42,770 bases of DNA, taken from NCBI GenBank assembly GCA_045576375.1, contig JAZNGI010000025.1:1-42770 (forward strand), given 5' to 3'. The position numbers and the translations under genes were made by a program. This document shows, piece after piece, positions 1 to 9,002 of the stretch. Every line of letters starts with the position of its first letter. Position 1 is the first letter of the stretch. Below the pieces are notes generated by a model. The model was not told the origin of the DNA. It worked only from the letters and a program-made list of their open reading frames with translations, and ran no database searches. The DNA comes from Eubacteriales bacterium (GTDB lineage Bacteria; Bacillota; Clostridia; Oscillospirales; SIG627).

Positions 1-1915
1 TCAGTTGGGGCAGGAAGATCTTCCCCGCCTCAAAGAGTTCCCCTGCCCGATCCAGGGCGGGAACGATCCTGCCGTTCACCACCTCCAGGGGGGCTTGGCT
101 TTCCAGTGCCAGGGCGGCGGCCTTTTGCGCCTCTTTTTGCAGGCCGTTTTCCAGGCAGTATTCCAAAGAATATTCCTGCTCCTTCAAGGGAGCATCGCCG
201 GGCTGTGCCTGAGTATAGCAGGAAACGTAATCCGCGCTGTCCTTATCCCAGGCGGCCAAAGCGCGATACGCCCGCACGGCACCCGCCATTGCGGCGTTGT
301 TGGGATTGAGAATGGGGAGATCCAGGCCCGCGTAGAGCGCCATGGTGAGAAAGCTCTGATTGAGAAGCTCTCTTGCGGGCAGACCGAAGGAGATGTTGGA
401 CACTCCCAGCACGGTTTTCACCCCCAGCTTTTCCTTACAAAGCTTCAGCGCCTTCAAGGTCTCCAAGGCGTTTTCCTGGTCGGTGGCGGCGGTGAGGGTG
501 AGACAGTCGATGAACAGATCCCTTCTGGGGATGCCCATCTTATCACAGGCAAGAGCGATCTTTTGGGCAATGGCAAAGCGCCCCTCGGCCTTTTTGGGAA
601 TGCCCTCTTCGTCCAGCGTCAAGCCCACCACGCAAGCGCCGTAGCGCTTCACCAGAGGCAACACGGTTTGTAAGGATTCCTTTTTGCCGTTCACGGAATT
701 CACGATGGCTTTTCCGTTGCACACCCGAAGCCCCGCTTCCAGCGCCTCAGGCGAGGAGGAATCCAACTGGAGGGGAAGATCGCTCACCGATTGAATGGCC
801 TTCACGGCGCGCACCATCATGGCGGCCTCGTCGATTCCCGGCAAGCCCACGTTCACATCTAAGATCTGCGCTCCCGCCCCGGTCTGTTCCACGGCTTGGG
901 AGAGGATATACTCCATATCCCCTGCCAGAAGCGCCTCTTTCATTTTCTTTTTCCCCGTGGGATTGATCCGTTCTCCGATGATACAAGGCCCTTGGATCAC
1001 CACGGTTTTGGTGCCCGAGCAAACGGCGGGCAAAAGCTCTTGCGTTTGGCGAGGACGGGAAAGGCAGGAAAAGCTTTTGCTCAGTTCTCTTTTCACCGCG
1101 GCAATATGCTCGGGAGAGGTGCCGCAGCATCCGCCGAACAGCTTGGCGCCGCAACGGGAAAGAAGGGAAAGCTCCCTTGCAAACTCCTCGGGGCTCAGAC
1201 GGTATTCCCCGCTCACGGGGTCGGGCAAGCCGGCGTTGGGCTTCACGAACACGGGAAGGGCGCTCAAGCGGCAGAGCTTACTCACCAAGGGCGCCAGTTC
1301 CTTGGGGCCCAGGGAGCAGTTGATCCCCAGTGCCGAAGCGCCCAAGCCCTCCAGGGTGAGGACCATTTCCTCGGGAGAGGTGCCCGTGAAGGTTCTGCCG
1401 TTTTCCTCAAAGCTCATGGAGCAGATCACGGGAAGGTCGGTGGTTTCCACGGCGGCCAAAAGCGCCGCCTTCAATTCATAAAGCTCGGTGAAGGTTTCAA
1501 ACACCACCAAATCCGCTCCCTCACTATAAGAGAGCATCTGACGGAAAATATCGTAGGCCTCTTCAAAGCGCAAGGAGCCCGCGGGCTCCATCAACTGTCC
1601 GATGGGGCCGATATCCAGCGCCACCAGCGCCTTGTCACCCGCCGCTTCCTTGGCGATTCTGACGGCAGCGCGGATGACCTCTCCCACCTTTTCCCCGTCC
1701 TTGAGCTTATAGCGGTTGGCACCGAAGGTATTGGTGTAGATCACCTGCGCCCCCGCATCCACATAGCTTTCGTGGATGCTTTTCACAAGCTCGGGCGCAG
1801 TTAAGGACAACAGCACGGGATCTGCCCCCGCCTGCAGACCTTTTTTCTGCAACACGGTGCCCATGGCGCCGTCCAACAGAGCAAAGGGTCGTTGTAACAG
1901 TTCATTCCAGTTCAT
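1..1915 (-). CDS. metH: Cobalamin-dependent methionine synthase MetH, N-terminal ~638 aa (homocysteine-binding, pterin-binding and start of the B12-binding cap). The 3' end runs off the left edge of the window.
   Basis: Absent from the ORF track because it is open to the window edge. My own reverse-strand translation from the ATG at ~1915 reads MNWNELLQRPFALLDGAMGTVLQKKGL...VIYTNTFGANRYKL...GGCCGTSPEHI...IIGERINPTGKK...NVGLPGIDE...LGVSNISFGLP...GKIFLPQL with no stop. A GGGGA Shine-Dalgarno (SD) lies ~7 nt upstream. Confidence 0.9.
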   Translation of the reverse strand, partial: MNWNELLQRPFALLDGAMGTVLQKKGLQAGADPVLLSLTAPELVKSIHESYVDAGAQVIYTNTFGANRYKLKDGEKVGEVIRAAVRIAKEAAGDKALVALDIGPIGQLMEPAGSLRFEEAYDIFRQMLSYSEGADLVVFETFTELYELKAALLAAVETTDLPVICSMSFEENGRTFTGTSPEEMVLTLEGLGASALGINCSLGPKELAPLVSKLCRLSALPVFVKPNAGLPDPVSGEYRLSPEEFARELSLLSRCGAKLFGGCCGTSPEHIAAVKRELSKSFSCLSRPRQTQELLPAVCSGTKTVVIQGPCIIGERINPTGKKKMKEALLAGDMEYILSQAVEQTGAGAQILDVNVGLPGIDEAAMMVRAVKAIQSVSDLPLQLDSSSPEALEAGLRVCNGKAIVNSVNGKKESLQTVLPLVKRYGACVVGLTLDEEGIPKKAEGRFAIAQKIALACDKMGIPRRDLFIDCLTLTAATDQENALETLKALKLCKEKLGVKTVLGVSNISFGLPARELLNQSFLTMALYAGLDLPILNPNNAAMAGAVRAYRALAAWDKDSADYVSCYTQAQPGDAPLKEQEYSLEYCLENGLQKEAQKAAALALESQAPLEVVNGRIVPALDRAGELFEAGKIFLPQL

Positions 1916-1934
1916 CGGATCGTCCCCGTTTTTC

Positions 1935-2540
1935 TTAGGTTTCGTTTTTTATGCCGATCACGGCGGTGACGGTTTTTCTCGGAAGAAGCAAGCCGCCCTC
2001 GGACAGGCTGACTCCCAGGCGGCGCCGGGCATCCAGCACCTGCAAGAGATCTTTTTGGATCGTTAAGCTCAGATCCCCGTAGCCGGGGCTGAAGCGGGAG
2101 GTGGCGTGGGAAGGAGCAACGTTTAAAGAGGAAAGGATCTGTTCCTGGACGTCGTCGCAAAGAAGCTCCGTGAGGGCCGAGGCCACGGCGTCCGCAACCA
2201 TTGCCAGGGCCATATCCTTGGCTTGGGCAATGGCAAGAGCGCTTTCCACGCCCGCCCCCAGGGTGGCGCAGAAAAACGCGGCACGGTCGCAGTCCTTCAA
2301 ATGGGAACGGATGGCGTTTCCCGTGAGGATCAGAGTGCTTCCCCGTGCCCGAATTTTCTCGGCAGAGAACACCAAGGGAAACACCCGAAAGGCGAACGCT
2401 TGGCGAAGCCGCGGGAGCAAAAGAGCCTCCGCCTCTTCAAAGAGAGACAGGCAACAATCCTCGGAAGCGTTTTTCATTTTCAGAAAGCCCCGCGCCATCT
2501 TGCGCCAACGACGGGGATCCGAAAAGATTCTCCCGTCCAT
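1935..2540 (-). CDS. Stand-alone methionine synthase activation (SAM-binding reactivation) domain protein, ~201 aa
   Basis: C-terminal 201 aa of track ORF 1935..2750 (MDGRIFSDPRRWRKMARGFLKMKNASEDCCLSLFEE...FSPGYGDLSLTIQKDLLQVLDA...) resemble the Met_synt_B12 activation domain. The ATG shares one base with the metF stop (TGATG). The track N-terminus (arginine-rich junk) lies inside metF. Confidence 0.75.
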   Translation of the reverse strand: MDGRIFSDPRRWRKMARGFLKMKNASEDCCLSLFEEAEALLLPRLRQAFAFRVFPLVFSAEKIRARGSTLILTGNAIRSHLKDCDRAAFFCATLGAGVESALAIAQAKDMALAMVADAVASALTELLCDDVQEQILSSLNVAPSHATSRFSPGYGDLSLTIQKDLLQVLDARRRLGVSLSEGGLLLPRKTVTAVIGIKNET

Positions 2541-3403
2541 CAGCCGAACAGCTTGCCCACGGCGGCCACGATTTTTCTTGCCACCTCGGGGCGGTTCATG
2601 GTGTACAAATGAATGCCGTCCACTCCGTTGGAAAGAAGATCCACGATCTGATCCACGGCGTAGGCGATGCCCGCGTCTTCCAACGCCTCGGGATTGTCTC
2701 CGTAGCGCTGGAGGATCCGAACGAATTTTGCAGGAAGAGATGCGCCGCAAAGGGTGACCATCCGCTGGATCTGCTTACTGTTGGTCACGGGCATGATCCC
2801 CGCCTCAATGGGAACGTTGATCCCCGCGATGCGGCAACGTTCACAAAAGGAATAGAAGGCAGTGTTATCAAAGAAGAGCTGGCTGATCAGATGCTCCGCT
2901 CCCGCCTCCACCTTCTTTTTCAGATTCAAAACGTCCTCCACCGCATCCTCCGCCTCGGTGTGCACCTCGGGATAGCAGGCGCCGCTGACGTGGAAATCAC
3001 CGCGGGACTTCACGTAGGCCACCAGGTCGCAGGCGTGGGAGAACACGTGCTTGGGCTCCACGTCGGGACTGCGGTCTCCCCGCAGGGCGAGAATATTTTC
3101 CACTCCGCTGGCCTGCAGGCTTTTGAGCACCTCGTCGATCTCATGGGCATCGTGGCTCAGGCAGGTCAGATGGGCCATGGTTTCCAGCCCATAACGGTTT
3201 TTGATGGCATCCGCGATCTGCACGGTGGTGCCCTTGGCACCGCTGCCGTTGGCGCCGTAAGTCACGCTGATAAACGCAGGCTTCAGATCGGAAAGCTCCT
3301 CAATGGTGGAAAACACGCTTTGAATGGATCCGTCTCTTTTGGGAGGAAAGATCTCAAAAGAAAGGATCTGGCGGGATTGGGAAAACAGTTGACTGATCTT
3401 CAT
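2540..3403 (-). CDS. metF: 5,10-methylenetetrahydrofolate reductase MetF
   Basis: Track ORF 2540..3499. The likely true start is MKISQLFSQSRQILSFEIFPPKRDG, preceded by an AAGAGG SD. MTHFR hallmarks present: SVTYGANGS, HLTC, LALRGD, GACYPEVH, HLYTMN. Confidence 0.9.
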   Translation of the reverse strand: MKISQLFSQSRQILSFEIFPPKRDGSIQSVFSTIEELSDLKPAFISVTYGANGSGAKGTTVQIADAIKNRYGLETMAHLTCLSHDAHEIDEVLKSLQASGVENILALRGDRSPDVEPKHVFSHACDLVAYVKSRGDFHVSGACYPEVHTEAEDAVEDVLNLKKKVEAGAEHLISQLFFDNTAFYSFCERCRIAGINVPIEAGIMPVTNSKQIQRMVTLCGASLPAKFVRILQRYGDNPEALEDAGIAYAVDQIVDLLSNGVDGIHLYTMNRPEVARKIVAAVGKLFG

Positions 3404-3489
3404 TTTCAACCTCTTTTTTGAAAAGAGAGAGGAGCGCAAAAAAGCAGTCCTCTCGATCCATAGTATCGTTACCGATGATAGTTTCCAAC

Positions 3490-3518
3490 AGTATACCACG
3501 ATCCCGGAAAAAAATCAA
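3490..3518 (-). promoter_or_regulatory. Putative SigA promoter of the metF/activation-domain/metH operon
   Basis: Minus strand reads TTGATT, 17 nt, TATACT, about 80 nt upstream of the metF ATG. Confidence 0.5.
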
Positions 3519-3630
3519 TTCTTTTCCATAAATTTGCAAGCGAAAACCCGCCGGAATCCCCGTTTCGGAGAAACCGTCCCCGATTTTATAAAAAAACGAG
3601 AAATTATTTTTACATTTTTTGCTTTTCATG

Positions 3631-3659
3631 TTGACTTCTATGGAAAAAACTGATAAAAT
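3631..3659 (+). promoter_or_regulatory. SigA promoter of fba
   Basis: TTGACT (3631-3636), 17 nt, TAAAAT (3654-3659). AAAGGAG SD ~8 nt before the ATG at 3698. Confidence 0.65.
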
Positions 3660-3697
3660 ATCAGAAGAAAAATCTATGTTTAAAGGAGATTACGAAT

Positions 3698-4633
3698 ATG
3701 CCACTGGTTAGTTCCAAAGAAATGTTCGAGAAGGCATACAAGGGCGGATACGCCATCGGTGCTTTCAACGTAAATAACATGGAGATCATCCAAGGTATCA
3801 CCGAGGCCGCCAAGGAAGAGAACGCTCCCGTTATTCTTCAGGTTTCCTCCGGCGCAAGAAAGTACGCAAACCGTACCTACCTTGTAAAGCTGGTTGAGGC
3901 CGCTATCATCGAGACCGGTCTTCCCATCTGCCTGCACCTGGATCACGGCGACACCTTCGAGCTGTGCAAGTCCTGCGTGGACGACGGCTTCACCTCCGTT
4001 ATGATCGACGCTTCCAGCAAGTCCTTTGAGGACAACATCGCTCTCACCAAGCAGGTGGTGGAATACGCTCACGCTCACGGCGTTACCGTTGAGGCAGAGC
4101 TTGGCACGCTGGCCGGCGTGGAAGACGACGTGAACGTTTCCGCAGAGGACAGCTCCTACACCCGTCCCGAGGACGTTCAGGAGTTCGTTGAGAGAACCGG
4201 TTGCGACTCCTTGGCCATTGCCATCGGCACCAGCCACGGCGCTTACAAGTTTAAGCCCGGCACCAAGCCCCAGCTGAGATTTGACATTCTGGAGGATGTT
4301 TCCAAGCGTCTTCCCGGCTTCCCCATCGTTCTCCACGGCTCTTCTTCCGTTCCCCAGGAATACGTGAAGATGATCAACGAGAACGGCGGTAACATGCCCG
4401 GCGCCATCGGTATTCCCGAGGATCAGCTTCGCCAGGCCGCAAGAAGCTCCGTTTGCAAGATCAACATCGACTCTGACCTTCGTCTGGCTCTCACCGGTAC
4501 CATCCGCAAGTACTTCAACGACAACCCCGCAGAATTTGACCCCAGAAAGTACCTCGGACCCGCAAGAGAGAACATCAAGCAGATCGTTAAGCACAAGCTG
4601 GTTAACGTTCTGGGCTGCAACGGCAAGGCATAA
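3698..4633 (+). CDS. fba: Class II fructose-1,6-bisphosphate aldolase
   Basis: 311 aa. MPLVSSKEMFEKAYKGGYAIGAFNVNNME..., LHLDHG, GTSHGAYKF, VLHGSSSVP are typical class II FBA motifs. Confidence 0.95.
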   Translation: MPLVSSKEMFEKAYKGGYAIGAFNVNNMEIIQGITEAAKEENAPVILQVSSGARKYANRTYLVKLVEAAIIETGLPICLHLDHGDTFELCKSCVDDGFTSVMIDASSKSFEDNIALTKQVVEYAHAHGVTVEAELGTLAGVEDDVNVSAEDSSYTRPEDVQEFVERTGCDSLAIAIGTSHGAYKFKPGTKPQLRFDILEDVSKRLPGFPIVLHGSSSVPQEYVKMINENGGNMPGAIGIPEDQLRQAARSSVCKINIDSDLRLALTGTIRKYFNDNPAEFDPRKYLGPARENIKQIVKHKLVNVLGCNGKA

Positions 4634-4653
4634 ACTCACGGCAAGTTGGGATC

Positions 4654-4682
4654 GGAAGGCAAAAGCCTTCCTATCTTTTTTT
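4654..4682 (+). terminator. Rho-independent terminator of fba
   Basis: GGAAGGC-aaaa-GCCTTCC followed by a TATCTTTTTTT run. Confidence 0.8.
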
Positions 4683-4692
4683 ACATTTTCGG

Positions 4693-4721
4693 TTGCAAAA
4701 AAGAGATTCCTATGATATAAT
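4693..4721 (+). promoter_or_regulatory. SigA promoter of alaA (extended -10)
   Basis: TTGCAA, 17 nt containing TG, then TATAAT (4716-4721). Confidence 0.7.
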
Positions 4722-4759
4722 ATTTATTGTCATTATTTTTTGAAAAAGGAGGAAGCACA

Positions 4760-5974
4760 GTGAGCTCACATAAGATAGCACGGCGCATGGAAAACGTTCA
4801 TTCGGACATTCGCGGCCCGATCTACGTGGAAGCAATGAAAATGCGCGAGCGGGGCATCGACGTTCTGCGGCTGAACACCGGCAATCCCGCTACCTTCGGC
4901 TTCACAATGCCCGACAGTATTCAACAAGCACTTTTTGAAGGTGCGAAAAACGCGGTCGCATACTGCGATCCCAAAGGAATGCCTGCCGCGCGAGCGGCCA
5001 TCTGCTCTTATCACCGAAACAAGCAAGTGAACGGCATCACCGAGGACGACGTGTTCGTGGGCAACGGTGTGAGCGAGCTGGTTCCTTTTGCAATGCAAAC
5101 GGTGGTGTACATCGGCGACGAGGTGTTGGTTCCCTCCCCCAGTTATTCCCTGTGGACCAACTCCGTGTATCTTTCCGACGCCACTCCCGTGTTCTACACC
5201 TGCGACGAAAGCTCCAATTGGTATCCCGACATTGAGGATATCCGCCAAAAGATCACTCCCAAAACCAAGGCCATCGTGATTATCAACCCCAACAATCCCA
5301 CGGGCGCCCTTTATCCCCGCGAGTTGTTGGAGCAGATCGTGGCGTTGGCAGAGGAGCACGATCTGACCATTTTTTCCGACGAGATCTACGACCGTCTCGT
5401 TTTCAACGACAAGGAGCACGTTGCCACCGCTTCTCTTACGGACAAGCAGTTGGTGATTACCCTCAACGGACTTTCCAAGTCCCACGTGATCTGCGGCTTC
5501 CGCGTGGGTTGGATGGTGGCCAGCGGCCCCAAGGGCTTGGTGGAGGAATTTAAGAACGGCGCGTTCAAGCTTTGCTCCATGCGCCTGTGCTCCAACGCTT
5601 TGGGGCAATCGGTGATTCCCGCTGCTCTGGAGGACGAGCTGAGCACCCGAGAGATGATCGTTCCCGGAGGCAGACTCTACGAACAGAGCAAGGCAACGGT
5701 GGAAGAACTGCAGAAGATCGAAGGGATCAGCGTGATCCCCAACGACGCCGCCTTCTACGTGTTCCCCAAGCTTGACAAAAAACGCTTCCACATTGAAAAC
5801 GACAAGGAATTCGCCTTGGGTCTCCTGCGAGCCAAGAACATTCTGATCGTTCCCGGAAGCGGCTTCGACTGGCCCCACAACGATCACTTCCGCATCGTGA
5901 TGCTTCCCCAACCCGAAACCCTTCGTCAAGCGGTGCGGGATATGGGAGAGTATCTGAAAACAAGAGAAGCCTGA
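4760..5974 (+). CDS. alaA: Glutamate-pyruvate (alanine) aminotransferase, AlaA/YfbQ family, PLP-dependent
   Basis: Near-colinear similarity by recall to E. coli AlaA: ENVHSDIRGP, LNTGNPATFGF, GNGVSEL, INPNNPTGALY, NGLSKSH, GGRLYEQ, DHFRIV. I place the start at GTG 4760, 7 nt after AAGGAGG, not at the track TTG 4727. Confidence 0.85.
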   Translation: MSSHKIARRMENVHSDIRGPIYVEAMKMRERGIDVLRLNTGNPATFGFTMPDSIQQALFEGAKNAVAYCDPKGMPAARAAICSYHRNKQVNGITEDDVFVGNGVSELVPFAMQTVVYIGDEVLVPSPSYSLWTNSVYLSDATPVFYTCDESSNWYPDIEDIRQKITPKTKAIVIINPNNPTGALYPRELLEQIVALAEEHDLTIFSDEIYDRLVFNDKEHVATASLTDKQLVITLNGLSKSHVICGFRVGWMVASGPKGLVEEFKNGAFKLCSMRLCSNALGQSVIPAALEDELSTREMIVPGGRLYEQSKATVEELQKIEGISVIPNDAAFYVFPKLDKKRFHIENDKEFALGLLRAKNILIVPGSGFDWPHNDHFRIVMLPQPETLRQAVRDMGEYLKTREA

Positions 5975-5992
5975 CTGTAACATACATCATGC

Positions 5993-6030
5993 AAAAAAGC
6001 TCCCGTCTTTTCGACGGGAGCCTCTTTTTA
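5993..6030. terminator. Bidirectional rho-independent terminator between convergent alaA and the AAE permease. It marks the end of the 11-gene operon.
   Basis: AAAAAA, then GCTCCCGTC-ttttc-GACGGGAGC, then CTCTTTTT. Confidence 0.85.
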
Positions 6031-6033
6031 TGG

Positions 6034-7293
6034 TTAGAACAATAAGATCAAAAACTGAGAAACCAAAACCACGGCGATCAAGGCCACGGGATAGGTGGAA
6101 GCGTAGGCGCTGGCCACGTCCTCGGTGCCTGCGGTGCTGATAAGCGTTCCCAAAGCGGGGGTGGAGGTCATGCCGCCGGTGATGGAGCCCAGGTTGTTGA
6201 GAAGGCTGAGCTTCAAAACGTACTTGGCAAACAAGAAGCCGACGATAAGAGGGAACACGGTCATCACGATTCCGTATACGAAATACATAATGTCAAAGTT
6301 CTCCACGAACTCTGCGCCGCCGGGGATTCCCGCGCCCACCAGGAAGAGCACCAGACCCAGCTCACGGAAGAGCTTCAGAGTGCTTGCCTCGGGCATGATC
6401 TTCACCTTGCCGATGCGGGAGAAATGGCCCAGCACCAGGCTGACCAAAAGGCATCCGCCGGTGGTGGTGAGAGAAAAGCAGGTGCCGCTGAGGCCGGCTC
6501 CGGACAGAGGAATCTTAACCTGTCCCAACACGGTGCCCAGAACGGCGGCCAAGGAGAAGGCCGCAATGCCCATGTGATCAATAGAGAAAAGCTTTCCTGC
6601 AAAGGACTTCTTTTCTTCCTCCTGGGAAACCACCAGTTTGGCTCTTTCTTCTTCCATGTTGGCTTTGGAGAGCTTGGGAACCAACTGCACGAAGAGAACC
6701 ACGCCGATCACGCCGAAAATGTAGGCAATTCCGTGTCCCACGGAAACCAAGCCCTGGTACTGCTCTGCCACGGTGGCTTTTGCCGCGGAGAAGGCGGGAG
6801 TGGAGGTGAGAGAGCCGGACAAAAGGCCCACGATCATGGCCACGAAGCCGTCTTGCTCCTGGATCTCTCCGCCGTAGCCCACGACCTCGCCCATGCCGAT
6901 ACAAGCGGCGGCGGAAAGACCGCCTGCCACGATGATAATCAGACCGATGAGAACGTAGGACTTGAAGTTTCTCTTGAAATTACCGAAAAACTTGGGGCCC
7001 GCGATGAAGCCCACGGAGGTGACAAACAAAACCAGGCCCAGGCTTTCCACCAGAGAGAGCCCGGAGGAAAAATCATAGGGAGCCTTAGAGAAGCTGAAGG
7101 TCAGACCCGCGTCTCCCACGCTGAAAAACAAAGCGCCGATAAGAAGAGCGATGATGAACACGCCCGCGTCTCCGAGAGAGACCCCCTTCACGGTGATCCT
7201 TCCCAGAGCGTAGCCCAGCATCAGCACGGTAAACACCACGAACAACAAAGTGGAAATATTACTGATGGAGATCACTCCGCCGAATAAACTCAT
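6034..7293 (-). CDS. AAE (aspartate:alanine exchanger, AspT/YidE/YbjL/SucE) family permease. Two duplicated transmembrane (TM) halves joined by a short charged linker, with no TrkA-C domains.
   Basis: 419 aa, highly hydrophobic. The repeated halves each end in a G..TSTPA-type motif (LSGSLTSTPAFSAAK and ITGGMTSTPALGTL). Central linker KANMEEERAKLVVSQEEEKK. Confidence 0.75.
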   Translation of the reverse strand: MSLFGGVISISNISTLLFVVFTVLMLGYALGRITVKGVSLGDAGVFIIALLIGALFFSVGDAGLTFSFSKAPYDFSSGLSLVESLGLVLFVTSVGFIAGPKFFGNFKRNFKSYVLIGLIIIVAGGLSAAACIGMGEVVGYGGEIQEQDGFVAMIVGLLSGSLTSTPAFSAAKATVAEQYQGLVSVGHGIAYIFGVIGVVLFVQLVPKLSKANMEEERAKLVVSQEEEKKSFAGKLFSIDHMGIAAFSLAAVLGTVLGQVKIPLSGAGLSGTCFSLTTTGGCLLVSLVLGHFSRIGKVKIMPEASTLKLFRELGLVLFLVGAGIPGGAEFVENFDIMYFVYGIVMTVFPLIVGFLFAKYVLKLSLLNNLGSITGGMTSTPALGTLISTAGTEDVASAYASTYPVALIAVVLVSQFLILLF

Positions 7294-7312
7294 ATTTGCT
7301 CAAAACCTTTCT

Positions 7313-7344
7313 TTCGGGGATCCCCCAAACGAGAGATCCCCGAA
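7313..7344 (-). other. Intercistronic stem-loop between the flavoprotein gene and the permease gene
   Basis: A 10-bp stem TTCGGGGATC/GATCCCCGAA with a 12-nt loop. There is no adjacent U-run on the minus strand, so it is more likely a processing or stability element or a weak attenuator than a full terminator. Confidence 0.5.
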
Positions 7345-7364
7345 GCAATCAAATATTCCTATGT

Positions 7365-8990
7365 TTAGAAATCCTTCTTCTGAAATTCGGGGTTGCCGTG
7401 AGAATAGTTGGGAAGAAGCTTGGGAGAAACCACTTTGGGCTCGATGCCGGCTTCCTTCAACTGCTTCTCAAAGGCTTCCACGTGCTCCAGGGTGAGCTTG
7501 CCCGTCTCCTTGATGGTGGCGGCCTTTGCGGAAGCGCTCTTACCGGCATTTCTGCCAAATACGATGATATCCAACAGAGAGTTACCCATCAGACGGTTTC
7601 TGCCGTGAATACCGCCTACAGCCTCACCGGCAACGAACAGGTTCTCCACGCCGCTCATACCGTCGGCAGAGATGTCGATACCGCCGTTCTGATAGTGGAG
7701 GGTGGGATACACCAGGATGGGCTCCTTGCGGATGTCGATGTTATGCTTAGCAAACATTCTCATCATGGCGGGGATTCTCTTCTCGATGGTGCCCTCGCCG
7801 TTCTTCAGCTCGATCATGGGCGTATCCAGCCACAGACCGACGCCCTGTGCAGTCTCCACACCGTTGCCGCGGTCGGAGCACTCACGAATGATGGAGGCGG
7901 CGGAAACGTCGCGGGTCTCCAGAGGATGCATGAACACTTCGCCGTTCACGTTCACCAGCTTTGCGCCCAGAGAACGGACCTTCTCGGTCACCAAAGCGCC
8001 GAAGATCTGCTCGGGATATGCAACGCCGGTGGGATGGTACTGCAGAGTATCGGCGTAGAGCAGCTTTGCGCCCACGCGGTATGCCAGCACCAGGCCGTCT
8101 GCGGTGGCACCGTAATGGTTGGAGGTGGGGAATCCCTGATAGTGCAGTCTGCCCGCACCGCCGGTGGCGATGATGACCGTCTTGGCTCTGGCGATCTTGA
8201 TCTGGCGGGTTTCCATATTCATCAAAACCGCGCCTGCCGCCTTGCCGTTTTCGTCAAGGATCAGCTCGATGGCCGCGGTGAAATCCACCACGGGGATGCC
8301 TCTGTTGAGCACTTCGTCACGAAGAGTACGCATGATCTCCGCGCCGGAATAGTCCTTGGCGGCGTGCATTCTCTTTCTGGAGGTACCGCCGCCGTGGGTG
8401 GTGACCATGGTGCCGTCTTCCATCTTGTCAAACTCCACGCCCAGATTGCTCAGCCACTGAATGGCCTCGGGAGCTTCGTTCACCAAACGGTACAGCAGCT
8501 CGGGCTTTGCGGCAAAGTGTCCGCCGCCGAACGCATCCAGATAGTGCTGAGCGGGAGAATCGTTGGGCTTATCCGCCGCCTGAATGCCGCCCTCTGCCAT
8601 CATGGTGTTGGCATCGCCGATTCTCAGCTTCGTGACGATCATGGTCTTAGCGCCGCCGTTATCTGCCTCGATGGCCGCGGAAGAGCCTGCTCCGCCGCCG
8701 CCGATCACCAGAACGTCCACGTCGTAATCCACCTTGGAAAGGTCGATGTCCATATCCTTCACGCGGCTGTTGGCCTGGAGGAGCTCTGCCAATTCCAGAG
8801 GAACCTTCTCTCCCTTGTTGGGGCCCACGGTCAGAACGGCAAATTCGCTCTGCTTATAATCGGGATGGTAGGTTGCCAGGAGCTTTTCCTTCTCCTCGGC
8901 TGTCATTCTTCTGGGTTCCAGGACAGCGTTTGCTTCTCTTGCCGCCTCCACCTTCTTGATGGAGTCAAGCATATTTTGATTGGTATACAT
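7365..8990 (-). CDS. Fumarate reductase/succinate dehydrogenase-type flavoprotein (FrdA/SdhA/TfrA-like). Soluble, predicted non-covalent FAD.
   Basis: 541 aa. Dinucleotide fold VDVLVIGGGGAGSSAA, AEGGIQAA (no His at the covalent-FAD position), LQYHPTG, ETRDVSAASI, GGIHGRNRLMGNSLLD. GGAGGA SD 6 nt upstream. Confidence 0.85.
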   Translation of the reverse strand: MYTNQNMLDSIKKVEAAREANAVLEPRRMTAEEKEKLLATYHPDYKQSEFAVLTVGPNKGEKVPLELAELLQANSRVKDMDIDLSKVDYDVDVLVIGGGGAGSSAAIEADNGGAKTMIVTKLRIGDANTMMAEGGIQAADKPNDSPAQHYLDAFGGGHFAAKPELLYRLVNEAPEAIQWLSNLGVEFDKMEDGTMVTTHGGGTSRKRMHAAKDYSGAEIMRTLRDEVLNRGIPVVDFTAAIELILDENGKAAGAVLMNMETRQIKIARAKTVIIATGGAGRLHYQGFPTSNHYGATADGLVLAYRVGAKLLYADTLQYHPTGVAYPEQIFGALVTEKVRSLGAKLVNVNGEVFMHPLETRDVSAASIIRECSDRGNGVETAQGVGLWLDTPMIELKNGEGTIEKRIPAMMRMFAKHNIDIRKEPILVYPTLHYQNGGIDISADGMSGVENLFVAGEAVGGIHGRNRLMGNSLLDIIVFGRNAGKSASAKAATIKETGKLTLEHVEAFEKQLKEAGIEPKVVSPKLLPNYSHGNPEFQKKDF

Positions 8991-9002
8991 CTTCGCTCCT
9001 CC

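Noticed and set aside
5-1804. Plus-strand ORFs 5..673, 795..1481 and 896..1804 at the left edge
   Set aside because: The minus strand here translates without stops into a textbook MetH. The plus-strand ORFs are its shadows.
3404-3518. Possible SAM-I (S-box) riboswitch upstream of metF
   Set aside because: The leader is too short (~80 nt). It lacks the conserved S-box core segments I know (for example the GAGGGA..GGCCC..GCAACC-type elements). It is retained only as an unclassified leader.
3354-3629. 91-aa minus-strand ORF in the metF/fba divergent promoter region
   Set aside because: It overlaps the metF start and both promoters, has no SD and is out of frame with metF.
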